Shown one piece after another: positions 1-9,303 of a stretch of DNA of 64,000 nt. Position numbers and translations under genes: made by a program. Position 1 is the first letter of the stretch; every line of letters begins with the position of its first letter. The notes beneath the pieces are model-generated. The model saw nothing but the letters and a program-made list of their open reading frames with translations. It ran no database searches and was not told the origin of the DNA. This DNA is from a virus (Duplodnaviria; Caudoviricetes): positions 352,001 to 416,000 of IMG/VR virus record IMGVR_UViG_3300027740_000003. One strand, given 5' to 3'.

Positions 1-807
1 GTTCAGCTTATTATATACTTCCTCCCCACTCTTCAAATAAAAATCATCTAAAATTCCATTGGCACCAGAATACTTAAGCCTATTCCCCGAATCCACTGGA
101 GAACCAGAGGCTATTGCTAATAATACATCATGCGCCTTTGCTTGTTCTGGGTTTAGATAGTGAACATCCGTTGACACAACACATTTAATATCTAGTTCTA
201 TAGCTATTTCTCTTAATCTATCATTGGTAAATTGTTGGTCAATTTCTCCAGAATATGCGTTATTTGCTCTCTTTAATGCATGAGCTTGAAGCTCTATTCC
301 TAAATCATCTCCAAATATCTTTTTTAATTTAATTGCATTGTCTTTTGCTTCATCATATTTTTTCTGATTGATGAGTTGTCCTAGGATGCCATTAGAGCAG
401 GCTGTTAGGCAAATTAAACCATCTGCATACTTCTCTAGTATCCTCCAGTCAACCCGAGGCATAACCCTTTTAAAAAGCACTATAGAATTATCATAGCCCT
501 CTGCCGAAGCTTCCAACAAATGTCTATATCCAATCTCATTCTTTGACAACAATATAACATGACGCATTCTGGCGTCTTTATCTGCCACATCATCAACAAA
601 GTAGAATTCACATCCTGGAATAAGCTTTACACCAGTTGACTTGGCTTCTTTTAAAGAATCCCACATTGCGGCCAATGTGCCATGGTCTGTGATGGCAATT
701 GCTGTTTGACCAAGCTCTTTGGCTCTTTTGAATAAATCAGCAGGCTTAACAAGACTATCTAGAATTGAGAATGTTGTGTGATTATGTAATGATACATATT
801 CGTTCAT
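1..807 (-). CDS. dnaE: DNA polymerase III alpha subunit (DnaE), N-terminal PHP domain; runs off window start
   Basis: Not in ORF track; manual translation from ATG 807: MNEYVSLHNHTTFSILDSLVKPADLFKRAKELGQTAIAITDHGTL...KLIPGCEFYF...STDVHYL, classic DnaE PHP motifs. Confidence 0.93.
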   Translation of the reverse strand, partial: MNEYVSLHNHTTFSILDSLVKPADLFKRAKELGQTAIAITDHGTLAAMWDSLKEAKSTGVKLIPGCEFYFVDDVADKDARMRHVILLSKNEIGYRHLLEASAEGYDNSIVLFKRVMPRVDWRILEKYADGLICLTACSNGILGQLINQKKYDEAKDNAIKLKKIFGDDLGIELQAHALKRANNAYSGEIDQQFTNDRLREIAIELDIKCVVSTDVHYLNPEQAKAHDVLLAIASGSPVDSGNRLKYSGANGILDDFYLKSGEEVYNKLN

Positions 808-846
808 GATTGATGAAGATATGGATCTAGAATGGCTCGAATGGAA

Positions 847-1155
847 CTAGAGTCTTCTTGGTTTGTTGCCACCTGGCTCATTTTCTATTGCCCTGAGGAC
901 AGCTTCGAATTCATTAATGATATTATCACAATTTGCACCATTACAACGTACATTAACATTACAGATACCAAAAGTACAAGTTCCTATGAAATTTTCTTTT
1001 TTAGCATAAAGAAGACCAGCTTTAATGTAATTGTCTGGACAAATAAACCCAGCTTGTTGGAATAGTATAACATGATTATTTCTTACTGGACGCAAAGTAG
1101 TCATCACAATCGACTTTCTTCCACAACAACCTTTTGTAATTCTTCGTTCTACCAT
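847..1155 (-). CDS. hypothetical protein, Cys-containing
   Basis: 102-aa ORF on coding strand, AGG 4 nt before ATG; no family recognised. Confidence 0.6.
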   Translation of the reverse strand: MVERRITKGCCGRKSIVMTTLRPVRNNHVILFQQAGFICPDNYIKAGLLYAKKENFIGTCTFGICNVNVRCNGANCDNIINEFEAVLRAIENEPGGNKPRRL

Positions 1156-1162
1156 GATACCT

Positions 1163-1456
1163 TTATTCTATTATATCCTTAATGATTAGTTCTTCATTTG
1201 ATAACTTTTTAATATATTCTCCCACAAACAATTTGGGCAATATTTCCCACCAATAACGAATTAAAACTGAGCCTGACTTTTTATATTCTTCAATGTAAAC
1301 AAACCAAATACCATTAGTATACATATCTGTGTTGCCATCAATGTTTTTAACAAATCCAATAACATAACAATTGTTTTCCTCAAAAGAAATCGGGCCTCCT
1401 ATATTATAAGTTTTATTACAATAATAAACTCCCCCTAACTCTGGACCCAATATCAT
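1163..1456 (-). CDS. IKDIIE-tail small protein (class C)
   Basis: Ends LSNEELIIKDIIE*; YxCxK...ExNxCY body shared with neighbour. Confidence 0.85.
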   Translation of the reverse strand: MILGPELGGVYYCNKTYNIGGPISFEENNCYVIGFVKNIDGNTDMYTNGIWFVYIEEYKKSGSVLIRYWWEILPKLFVGEYIKKLSNEELIIKDIIE

Positions 1457-1731
1457 TCAATTATATCCTTAATCATTACTTCTTCATCCGAAAGTTTTTC
1501 CAACACTCCAGATTCTATTAATTGGTTTAATATCCATTGAGTTGTCGTAAAACAATAACAGCTATTTTCTTCTGTTAATATACAATATAGCTCGTCATCC
1601 TCCCAATGGGTTTCTATATAACATTCATTTTCTATCAAAGTCATATTTAAATTAGACTTTAGACACAAGTAAACATTATAAAAATAGGCCTGAACTTCCC
1701 CAGAAAGAATATTCAGGCCCATCTTTTTCAT
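1453..1731 (-). CDS. IKDIIE-tail small protein (class C)
   Basis: Ends LSDEEVMIKDIIE*; ATGA overlap with next gene. Confidence 0.85.
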   Translation of the reverse strand: MKKMGLNILSGEVQAYFYNVYLCLKSNLNMTLIENECYIETHWEDDELYCILTEENSCYCFTTTQWILNQLIESGVLEKLSDEEVMIKDIIE

Positions 1732-1732
1732 T

Positions 1733-2062
1733 TTACAGCGACTTCTTTATAAACACACAATATCTTGCTTTAGCCTCATTAACTTTAATTCCATCCTTGT
1801 AAACCCTCGCCGCATCCTGATACACTTCCTTCTTTTCCTGCAAATCAGTATCAGCATCCATGTCTTTTTCAAAATCAGCAATATTCTCACTGTATTTTAC
1901 AATCATGCCATTTAAGTCTTCTTTATTTGCCTGCTGAGCTACGTCTAGAAAATCATCTGCTTTTCCAGATCCGTCATCATTTAAACAAAGCTTCTCTAAT
2001 ACTGTCCTCCACTTCTTTGGAAAATTATCTAACCTGGGATCTGTTGCTTTCTTTTTTGCCAT
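1733..2062 (-). CDS. hypothetical helical protein
   Basis: 109-aa ORF tightly packed between tig and the tail genes. Confidence 0.75.
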   Translation of the reverse strand: MAKKKATDPRLDNFPKKWRTVLEKLCLNDDGSGKADDFLDVAQQANKEDLNGMIVKYSENIADFEKDMDADTDLQEKKEVYQDAARVYKDGIKVNEAKARYCVFIKKSL

Positions 2063-2066
2063 TTTA

Positions 2067-3281
2067 TTATACTCCTACAATCTTTGTATTATCTACCAGC
2101 CACTGCAATGTATAGTCTACTTTTGCTTTAGCAATTAGGCCTATTAATGTTCCGTCCTGTGATGCTCTCTGTATCCAAGCATCAACATTCTGTATTCCCC
2201 TTTGGGCTAATGTCTGTTTTAGCATAGACACTGCCTCCAATTCAGAAATTACAGTCTCTGGTTCAGCTTTATTAATAGAATCAAGAATTAAAGTAAACTT
2301 AACGTTGTCTTTTCCTCTAGCAAGGTATGCAGTTTTAATATCTTCTTCTATTGTCTCCCAAAGTTTAAATCCTTCCATCATTGACATATGTTGAGCTTCC
2401 ATTAATACAGACCATGTTGGAGGCTCAAAATCATGTGAAGAAACCAATGTTGCCTTTATCTGCTCAGCAATCAATGAATCTCTATTTGATTTAAATTGGT
2501 TTTGAGCAATTGTTTTTGCCGTATTAAATAATTCTTCCAAACTATTCAAACCAACTTTTTTAGCCAATTCATCGTCAAGCGGAGCAGCAACCTGCTTCAT
2601 TCCCATATGAAAATTAACTTTACATGAAGTTTTCTTTCCATTAATATCCAACTCAAACTCTCGTGTTTCACCAGGAGACATTCCAAACAAGTTTTCATCA
2701 AATTCAGGATAGATCTTCTGCCCAACTTGATATAACTGACCCTCTTTTGTTTCTTCTCCTACAGTGTAGTCTAATGTGATTCTGTCTCCAGCTTGGATAA
2801 AATCACCGTCGCCATATGGAGTTATATCAGAATGTTGTGTTCTAACGCCTTGAACGATCTGCTCTGCCATTTCGTCCACTGTTTTAGGAGAATGTGGTTC
2901 TGGAACCTCAATTCCTTTATACTGTTTCAATTCAAAATCTGGTTTCTTAAGATAAACCAACTGACAAGAGAATTCATTGCCTTTTAATGAATGTTTTTCT
3001 ACTTGTGGTTGACCAAGAGGAGTCATTTTTGTTTCATAAATGACATCATCATTGGCTTGATTGAGCATTTCTCTTTCAACCCATTGCTTGATCTTATCTT
3101 TGAAATGAACTTTAATAGCAACATCTGTTGCTTTTCCTGGTCTAAAACCAGGAACCGGCAGCTTCTTAAGGTTATAAATTGCTTCCTTATTCTTTTCGGA
3201 AACCACCTTAGAATCTGCCGTGTAATTAACTCTAACTTTACAATATTCAATTTCTTCTGTTGATACTTGTAGTTCTGACAT
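2067..3281 (-). CDS. tig: trigger factor (ribosome-associated chaperone)
   Basis: Ribosome-binding loop VPGFRPGK, FKBP-like middle (GDRITLDY...PEFDENLFGMSPGETREFEL), helical C-terminal domain; start set at MSELQV (track start 3293). Confidence 0.9.
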   Translation of the reverse strand: MSELQVSTEEIEYCKVRVNYTADSKVVSEKNKEAIYNLKKLPVPGFRPGKATDVAIKVHFKDKIKQWVEREMLNQANDDVIYETKMTPLGQPQVEKHSLKGNEFSCQLVYLKKPDFELKQYKGIEVPEPHSPKTVDEMAEQIVQGVRTQHSDITPYGDGDFIQAGDRITLDYTVGEETKEGQLYQVGQKIYPEFDENLFGMSPGETREFELDINGKKTSCKVNFHMGMKQVAAPLDDELAKKVGLNSLEELFNTAKTIAQNQFKSNRDSLIAEQIKATLVSSHDFEPPTWSVLMEAQHMSMMEGFKLWETIEEDIKTAYLARGKDNVKFTLILDSINKAEPETVISELEAVSMLKQTLAQRGIQNVDAWIQRASQDGTLIGLIAKAKVDYTLQWLVDNTKIVGV

Positions 3282-3286
3282 ATTTT

Positions 3287-4132
3287 TTACCACTCCGTTT
3301 CACCAAACTTTTTTGAAGTTCCTGACTTTTTGTTTTTTCTTTCTTCGGCTTGTTTAATCCATTTCAAACCATCTGGACAATGTTCTGAATAATCACAATA
3401 AGGACAAAGAGGCCCAGTGTCTGGCCTAAATAATTTTTCTGCTGCTATCTCGGCAGTATAATCTCGAAAATCTTGTTCTATAGACATTACATTCTCTCGA
3501 CTAAATTCAAACTTAATTTCTTCAAAATCAAGCTTGAGCATAATATAAGATCCCCGAACTTTTTCTAATTTAGGATCCTCCAAACACATAGCATAAGCAT
3601 ATGTCTGTAATTGTAAATAATCCTTTTTTAGATACAAACCAGTTTTGCTTGTTTTATAATCATCTAGATGCAAAACTCCATCTGCATCCAATTTAACCAA
3701 ATCAATAAATCCATTCAATAAAACATTATCGCCAATATCTATTGTAAACTCTTTTTCCGCCGCAATTGGAACATAATTATATGTAATTCTTTTTTTCAAA
3801 TATGAGCAAAGAATATCAAAAGCTTCTTTTTTTTGTTCCTGTGTTATTTGTGGCCAATTTTTCAATGCATTGGCAAAAATTGCTTTCATTAAAATATGAT
3901 ATTTTTCTTTATTCCCTGCAATAATGGCCTTTTCAAATTTTTCTAAACACTCATGAAGAAATTTTCCAAAAACCTGGAACTCCCATTCCTTTTTCGGCAA
4001 TTTCTTAATATAATTAAATAGATACTTAGCTTTGCATTGTTTAAATGTTTTTGCTTTGCTTACGGATAGATGAAAATAATTACGTCTATCCTGTGGCAGG
4101 ACCGTTAACAACTTACCTTGATTTTTTATCAT
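3287..4132 (-). CDS. PD-(D/E)XK nuclease, RecB/AddB/Cas4-like with Fe-S staple cysteines
   Basis: LSVSKAKTFKQC, GFIDLV...DDYKTS, QLQTYA, C-terminal CPYCDYSEHC. Confidence 0.88.
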   Translation of the reverse strand: MIKNQGKLLTVLPQDRRNYFHLSVSKAKTFKQCKAKYLFNYIKKLPKKEWEFQVFGKFLHECLEKFEKAIIAGNKEKYHILMKAIFANALKNWPQITQEQKKEAFDILCSYLKKRITYNYVPIAAEKEFTIDIGDNVLLNGFIDLVKLDADGVLHLDDYKTSKTGLYLKKDYLQLQTYAYAMCLEDPKLEKVRGSYIMLKLDFEEIKFEFSRENVMSIEQDFRDYTAEIAAEKLFRPDTGPLCPYCDYSEHCPDGLKWIKQAEERKNKKSGTSKKFGETEW

Positions 4133-5115
4133 CTGTATACAGATCTCTTAAATGGAATCCACTTAAATACTTTACCAGAACTAACCTGGCGTGGAAAAAG
4201 AACATCACTCATTGCACTAACCGTAGTGGATTGTCTAACCGGCTCAATCGACATTATCCACCGATTTGTTTCTGAGTCCCTGTAGTAGAACGTATAAGTG
4301 TTATCTTTTTCATTGTACTGAGGTCTTAATAATGACCCCGTGTTTCCATTTCCTTCAAATGCAGTCGTGTTATACATTATTCCATTTCGAAGCCTTTCCT
4401 GATCCCCAAGAGAAAAGAATTGCCTGTTTATTAATGGATTAACCGGATTTTCATTTTCCTCCCTACCATCCTGAATAATCACTAAAGCCCTAGCGTCAAA
4501 TAATCTACTATTTGCATCCGACATTGTAGGTGGAGGTGGTCTTTGAAGAATAACCACATGGGCAGGTAAATTTCCTATATTTCTTCCTGTTTCACCTTTC
4601 CAATTAGATTCAGAATACTTTATATCATAATTAGTTCTATGATATGACTCTAATGGCTCAACAACAACAGTTCCGGTAGCTGTTCCATCATATCCATCAG
4701 GAACACCAACAACACCTTCTTTTTCTACAATTACACCGGCCGTATTGCCATAACTTACATGTATGTTAGGAAATCCCGAACCAAATGCTTTATTATCTGT
4801 GTATGTGCTCGCCGGATCTAAACCTATCACAACATCATGAGCCTGACGCAAACCAGACCATGTATGTCCATATGTATATGTAATTACTGGTCCGATATCA
4901 ATCCCGTCAGTAGCAAACAATTTTAAATTAACAGTATTTTGATCTGTAGGTAAAGTTATTGGTCCCACAGATATATCTGAATCAAAAGTTGGGTTAGTTC
5001 CATCAGTAGTATAATACACAGTTGCAGGTATATTAGTGCCAATAACAATAGTTTTAGGAATACCAGCAATAACCTGGATAGGGCTGTCTGTAATTGTAAT
5101 AAGGACTACTGCCAT
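4129..5115 (-). CDS. putative virion/structural protein with Fn3-associated (chitobiase C-terminal-like) Ig domain
   Basis: N-terminal ATVYYTTDGTNPTFDS motif; beta-rich, Thr/Gly-rich. Confidence 0.55.
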   Translation of the reverse strand: MAVVLITITDSPIQVIAGIPKTIVIGTNIPATVYYTTDGTNPTFDSDISVGPITLPTDQNTVNLKLFATDGIDIGPVITYTYGHTWSGLRQAHDVVIGLDPASTYTDNKAFGSGFPNIHVSYGNTAGVIVEKEGVVGVPDGYDGTATGTVVVEPLESYHRTNYDIKYSESNWKGETGRNIGNLPAHVVILQRPPPPTMSDANSRLFDARALVIIQDGREENENPVNPLINRQFFSLGDQERLRNGIMYNTTAFEGNGNTGSLLRPQYNEKDNTYTFYYRDSETNRWIMSIEPVRQSTTVSAMSDVLFPRQVSSGKVFKWIPFKRSVYR

Positions 5116-5421
5116 TTAACCAACCATATGCAAAAACTTCTCGGAAGTTTTCTTATTTTCATTAAGTTTTAATAATCTACGATAAACAGTATGAGCGGCT
5201 CTTCGGAATACCTTTCCTAATTCAAAATAACCCTCTTCTCCGGAGCCTCTATATAAAGCAAAAAATGATTCAGAAACAAGAAGCATATCTAAATCCGGAT
5301 TTGCTCCTGGAGTTATTCCTTTAAGAAGTCCATCTCCAATTAACTCAGAATACACCCCGTCTCTTCCTTTTGCTTTGAGGAGATTGGTATAGTGGTTTAG
5401 GGTTGTGTTTTTGAGTTTCAT
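5116..5421 (-). CDS. hypothetical protein
   Basis: 101-aa ORF abutting next gene. Confidence 0.7.
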   Translation of the reverse strand: MKLKNTTLNHYTNLLKAKGRDGVYSELIGDGLLKGITPGANPDLDMLLVSESFFALYRGSGEEGYFELGKVFRRAAHTVYRRLLKLNENKKTSEKFLHMVG

Positions 5422-5436
5422 TATGTATTTATACCA

Positions 5437-6285
5437 TTATATACCTATGGTTTTTAACACTTTAGTTTTAAGATCATCTAAAGTTCCATTATTTTCAACC
5501 ACATAATCCCAGGGCGAATTCGGATCATTTGTCTTGTATTTGTTTAAATCGTTTTCGCTTATATGATCTAAATTTGGTCCGGCAGGCAGTTTTTCTACAG
5601 GTCTAACTATTAATAATATTTTCCCGCCATTTGATCTGATACAACTTATTTCATTAAAAAACCTTACATCACTAAATACAACGTTTTCCGTCCTATAATT
5701 TTTAGCTAGATTTTGTGGTTCTGAAACTCCTTTAATTTGATTATATCGAGAATACGCTTTTCCTATATACCTTTCTTCTGGTCCAGAATAAAATTTAGGT
5801 TGTACATAAACGTATTCATGAGGAACGCCGTCTATTAATTGTTTTGCAATATTCATTGCGAAATTGGCCCAAGTATCAGTATAACAGTCTCTGCCCCAAT
5901 CTGTCCCAAGCTGTTGTATTGCATATCTTGGTGTAAGATAACATTGTGGTATTTCTGCATTATGCTTTATAATTTCATATCCGCAACATTTGCATTTTCT
6001 AAACTCATTAAATGAATGTTCTCTTGGATACCTTTTATCTAATTCATTTCTTTTTTCTGACGGTCCCCATAATTGATCTTCAGAAAATCCATAAACTTTT
6101 ACACAAATTCTTTTTATTTCATCTGCCAAAGTAATTTTTGTGAACCTATATTGTTCAACCAAAATATCTGTTGCTTTATCTTTTCCTGTGCCCATAGAAC
6201 ACATATTACCATTTGGGTCAACAGATCTTCCTATAATACCAAGAATCATATCCAATCCTCCGGAATTTTTTCTGGGAAATACCAC
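5437..6285 (-). CDS. deoxynucleoside monophosphate kinase (T4 gp1-like) with insertions
   Basis: P-loop-like GIIG...GTGKD, TPRYAIQQLGTDWGRD, FSDVRFFNE, HISE, VENNGTLDDL. Confidence 0.85.
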   Translation of the reverse strand: MVFPRKNSGGLDMILGIIGRSVDPNGNMCSMGTGKDKATDILVEQYRFTKITLADEIKRICVKVYGFSEDQLWGPSEKRNELDKRYPREHSFNEFRKCKCCGYEIIKHNAEIPQCYLTPRYAIQQLGTDWGRDCYTDTWANFAMNIAKQLIDGVPHEYVYVQPKFYSGPEERYIGKAYSRYNQIKGVSEPQNLAKNYRTENVVFSDVRFFNEISCIRSNGGKILLIVRPVEKLPAGPNLDHISENDLNKYKTNDPNSPWDYVVENNGTLDDLKTKVLKTIGI

Positions 6286-6599
6286 CTAACTGGTTTACCT
6301 GTCCTAACAGCATGTTTTATCTCTCTTCTTGTACTTTCGCCAATATAACCATCTTTATTTATAACAAGGATTTCGCCTGCCAAATCTATTTTTTGAAGAT
6401 GTAGTTTGTCCAGCATCTCTTTCTGTTCATCAGAGCATCCAACGTGTTGGCCGTGTGTTTTTTCTGAAGAATGCATGAAAAAACCAACAGAAAGAACTAT
6501 ATTCCCCAGCATAGTTTCTTCATAATTAGCCTTCATAAAATCTTCATAGAACTTAGTCGAACCGCACAAACAAACTATTTTTGGTTTCTTTTCTATCAT
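6246..6599 (-). CDS. nucleoside 2-deoxyribosyltransferase-like (NDT/DUF4406-type) protein
   Basis: IVCLCGSTKF...HLQKIDLAGEILVINKDGYIGESTRREI. Confidence 0.6.
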   Translation of the reverse strand: MIEKKPKIVCLCGSTKFYEDFMKANYEETMLGNIVLSVGFFMHSSEKTHGQHVGCSDEQKEMLDKLHLQKIDLAGEILVINKDGYIGESTRREIKHAVRTGKPVRWYFPEKIPEDWI

Positions 6600-8749
6600 A
6601 TGTTCACCAATTTACCTGTTGCCCCGTCGCTATCTTTCTCGACCACAATTGCATAATTAAATTTATCCTTCAGCCTGTTGTCATGAGTTATAACAAGAAT
6701 TTTATACTTTTTCTGATATTTTTTCACAATTTCAACAAAAGCATCTTTTCCTTCTTCATCCAAAGGTTGATCTATTTCGTCAAACTCTAGTAATTTAATA
6801 TCTACAGAAAGCCTGTTATAAATTACTTTTGACATTCCTAAACGTAAAGCAAATGAAATATATGCCTTCTGTCCTCCAGAAAGCTGATTATATTCTAATT
6901 CCACCCCATTGTCATTATAAGAAATATCAAGTATATCTTTGTCTTCTTTTTCAATAAGAAATCTTAAAGATAGTTCTGGCCTTATATCTTGAAGTATTTT
7001 ATTCGCTTCTAATTGAAGATCGTCTAGAATAGTATGTATAATCATTGTTGGTATTCCAGAAGAAGAAAATGCTTTAACTACTCTGGACCATTTTCTTACA
7101 CCATTTTCTAAACCTACCAACTGACCATTTAATATTTCTAATTGACAATAATCATCTTCTTTTTTTCTTTTTCTCTCATCTAAAATACCTTTTTGCGTAC
7201 TATTATTAGAAAGATCTTTTATTAATTTATTGTCCTGATCTTCTGCAACTATAATATTTTGCTTTATTTTTACAAGTTCAGAATTTATATCAGCAAAATT
7301 GAACTTTTCAGCTTTCTTATTTAGTTCCTTTTCTTGTTTTTCCAAATCTAATAAATCATTAGAACACACCTTAACATCATTTAAAAGCTTTTTCGCTAAT
7401 TCTTCAACTTTGTTTAGGTATTGCTTGTTCTGATCTATTTTTGTTTCAATAGAAGATACAACAGATTCTAGTTGTTTTACTTGATGTTTATGTTCCAATA
7501 TAACATTCTTCTCAGAATTAAAACCAGTTCTCTTAGTATGTAATGTTGTAAGTTTCTTTTTAGAAATCTCTAGTTGTTTTTGAGCTTCTTCCGCCTTTTT
7601 TGCGTTTTCTTTTGAAACTTTTTCTCTATATTCATCATTAAGTTCATTAAAACACACCTCACATTCTGCTCCTGTTGGCAGAACTTTACTCCATTTGTTA
7701 TAATTTACTTGAATTGATGCTACATATTCATTTCCTTTCTTTATTTTTGTATCAACTTCTTCTACATCTTTTTGTATTTCCGTTTCTTCTCTTATCTTTT
7801 TCTCTAATAAATTTTTATATTTAGATTTATTTTCTTCTAAAGATTTGTTTAACTCAACAATTTGAGAGTTATATTTATTTATTTCGTTTTTATATTGTAA
7901 AGCTTGTTGTTGCAGCCTTACAATGGCATCTTTTTTATTTTTCTTTTGATTATTTATTTCAACAATCTTTTCAGATATCTTTGCATCATCAGATGATAAT
8001 AAATTTTCTAGTTCAGAACATTTTTTTCTATTTTCTTCTAACAGTTTCTTTATTTGCTGCCTGTTATTTTCAGTTGTCTTTATAAAATTTTCTATATCTT
8101 TAGAAGCTGTATCAATAGCTTTGATATCTTCTTGTGGATTTCCTAAAGTATCAATAATGGTTTTTATTTTATTATATTCTTTTTCTACTTCGGAGTGTTT
8201 TACTTTAGCAGTTTTCTCAAATTTAGAATAAATAGCAAGAGAAAGAGGCTCTTTGAACAAATCTCTTCTCTTTCCTTCCGTTGCTTCCGCTATTTCAGAA
8301 AATGATCCTTGAGAAAACAAAACAGAATTAGTAAATGATTTATAGTTTATTTTTATTAAATCTTTTATATCTTCTTCCATTTGAGAAGAAGTTCTAGTGT
8401 CATCTTTTTTCCACTCACCGTTATCTAAATGTTTAAGAAGAACTTCTTTGGTTGTTTTATTATTTCTTTTCCTAGAAATCTGCCAATCTATACCGTCTTG
8501 TTCAAATTCATAAATTACTTCACATATTTTCTGACCATTTTTAACAAGTTTGCTTACTGATTTTAAATTGGTTTCATTAAATAAAACCCAAGATATGGCG
8601 TCATATATTGTTGTTTTGCCTGTAGCGTTAGATTTTCTTGGATTAGATTTATATTGACCAATAATAAGACAAGAATCAAATTTAGAAAAATCAATAATTG
8701 TCTCTTTATGGCCTTTAAAGTTCCTTATTATTAATTTTTTTGGTAGCAT
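6596..8749 (-). CDS. sbcC: SbcC/Rad50 SMC-like ATPase
   Basis: Walker A SNATGKTT, long coiled coil with CEVC zinc hook, signature LSGGQ, Walker B FDEID, H-loop VITHD. Confidence 0.93.
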   Translation of the reverse strand: MLPKKLIIRNFKGHKETIIDFSKFDSCLIIGQYKSNPRKSNATGKTTIYDAISWVLFNETNLKSVSKLVKNGQKICEVIYEFEQDGIDWQISRKRNNKTTKEVLLKHLDNGEWKKDDTRTSSQMEEDIKDLIKINYKSFTNSVLFSQGSFSEIAEATEGKRRDLFKEPLSLAIYSKFEKTAKVKHSEVEKEYNKIKTIIDTLGNPQEDIKAIDTASKDIENFIKTTENNRQQIKKLLEENRKKCSELENLLSSDDAKISEKIVEINNQKKNKKDAIVRLQQQALQYKNEINKYNSQIVELNKSLEENKSKYKNLLEKKIREETEIQKDVEEVDTKIKKGNEYVASIQVNYNKWSKVLPTGAECEVCFNELNDEYREKVSKENAKKAEEAQKQLEISKKKLTTLHTKRTGFNSEKNVILEHKHQVKQLESVVSSIETKIDQNKQYLNKVEELAKKLLNDVKVCSNDLLDLEKQEKELNKKAEKFNFADINSELVKIKQNIIVAEDQDNKLIKDLSNNSTQKGILDERKRKKEDDYCQLEILNGQLVGLENGVRKWSRVVKAFSSSGIPTMIIHTILDDLQLEANKILQDIRPELSLRFLIEKEDKDILDISYNDNGVELEYNQLSGGQKAYISFALRLGMSKVIYNRLSVDIKLLEFDEIDQPLDEEGKDAFVEIVKKYQKKYKILVITHDNRLKDKFNYAIVVEKDSDGATGKLVNI

Positions 8750-9303
8750 TATTTAACCAATGAGTGAAAAACTTCTAAAAACATCTTTTCTGCTTGCTTT
8801 TGAGTCCAAGGTTCTATTTTAGACTTTAAAGGTTTTACATTAAAATTAATATGATTATTATTCATCAAATCTCTTATCTCAGTAGCTCTAACAATAAGGT
8901 CATATTTTAAAACTTCTTCTGGCTCTTTTTCTGGCAATCCGTACTTTTTGCATATACATTTAAGAACTTTATCCTCCATTATTTTATAAGCTAGCAATTC
9001 CATTTTTATTGGTGCTGGCAAATCAGATACATATGCTTCTGCTGAATCATGCAGTAAACCCCATAACCTATTCTTTTTTGAACATTCAGCAGCAACCCTA
9101 ACACAATGCTCAGCAACTGATGAAAATATATCCAAATGTCCATTAAACCTACACTGCATTGATAAAGAATGAGCAATATCTATTATATTTATCTCGTCTT
9201 CTCTCGGATCCATGGGCCAAAAAGTAATGCCCGTATAAGTTATTATAGCTCTGCCTTTTCTAACTTTATCTTTAAAACCATTTATGTCTTTAGCTGTGTT
9301 CAT
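8749..9303 (-). CDS. HD-domain 5'-deoxynucleotidase (YfbR-like)
   Basis: DIAHSLSMQCRFNGH, SVAEHC, LLHDSAEAYVSDLPAPIK. Confidence 0.85.
   Translation of the reverse strand: MNTAKDINGFKDKVRKGRAIITYTGITFWPMDPREDEINIIDIAHSLSMQCRFNGHLDIFSSVAEHCVRVAAECSKKNRLWGLLHDSAEAYVSDLPAPIKMELLAYKIMEDKVLKCICKKYGLPEKEPEEVLKYDLIVRATEIRDLMNNNHINFNVKPLKSKIEPWTQKQAEKMFLEVFHSLVK

Noticed and set aside
807-1155. ORF 847-1155 ends in TAG and is in frame, via 13 sense codons, with the dnaE ATG, suggesting amber recoding or readthrough
   Set aside because: Long genes are intact under code 11. TAG is a credible stop elsewhere (tandem TAG TAG at 60470-60475; TAG stops overlapping next starts at 10437 and 23188). An in-frame neighbour is a one-in-three chance.
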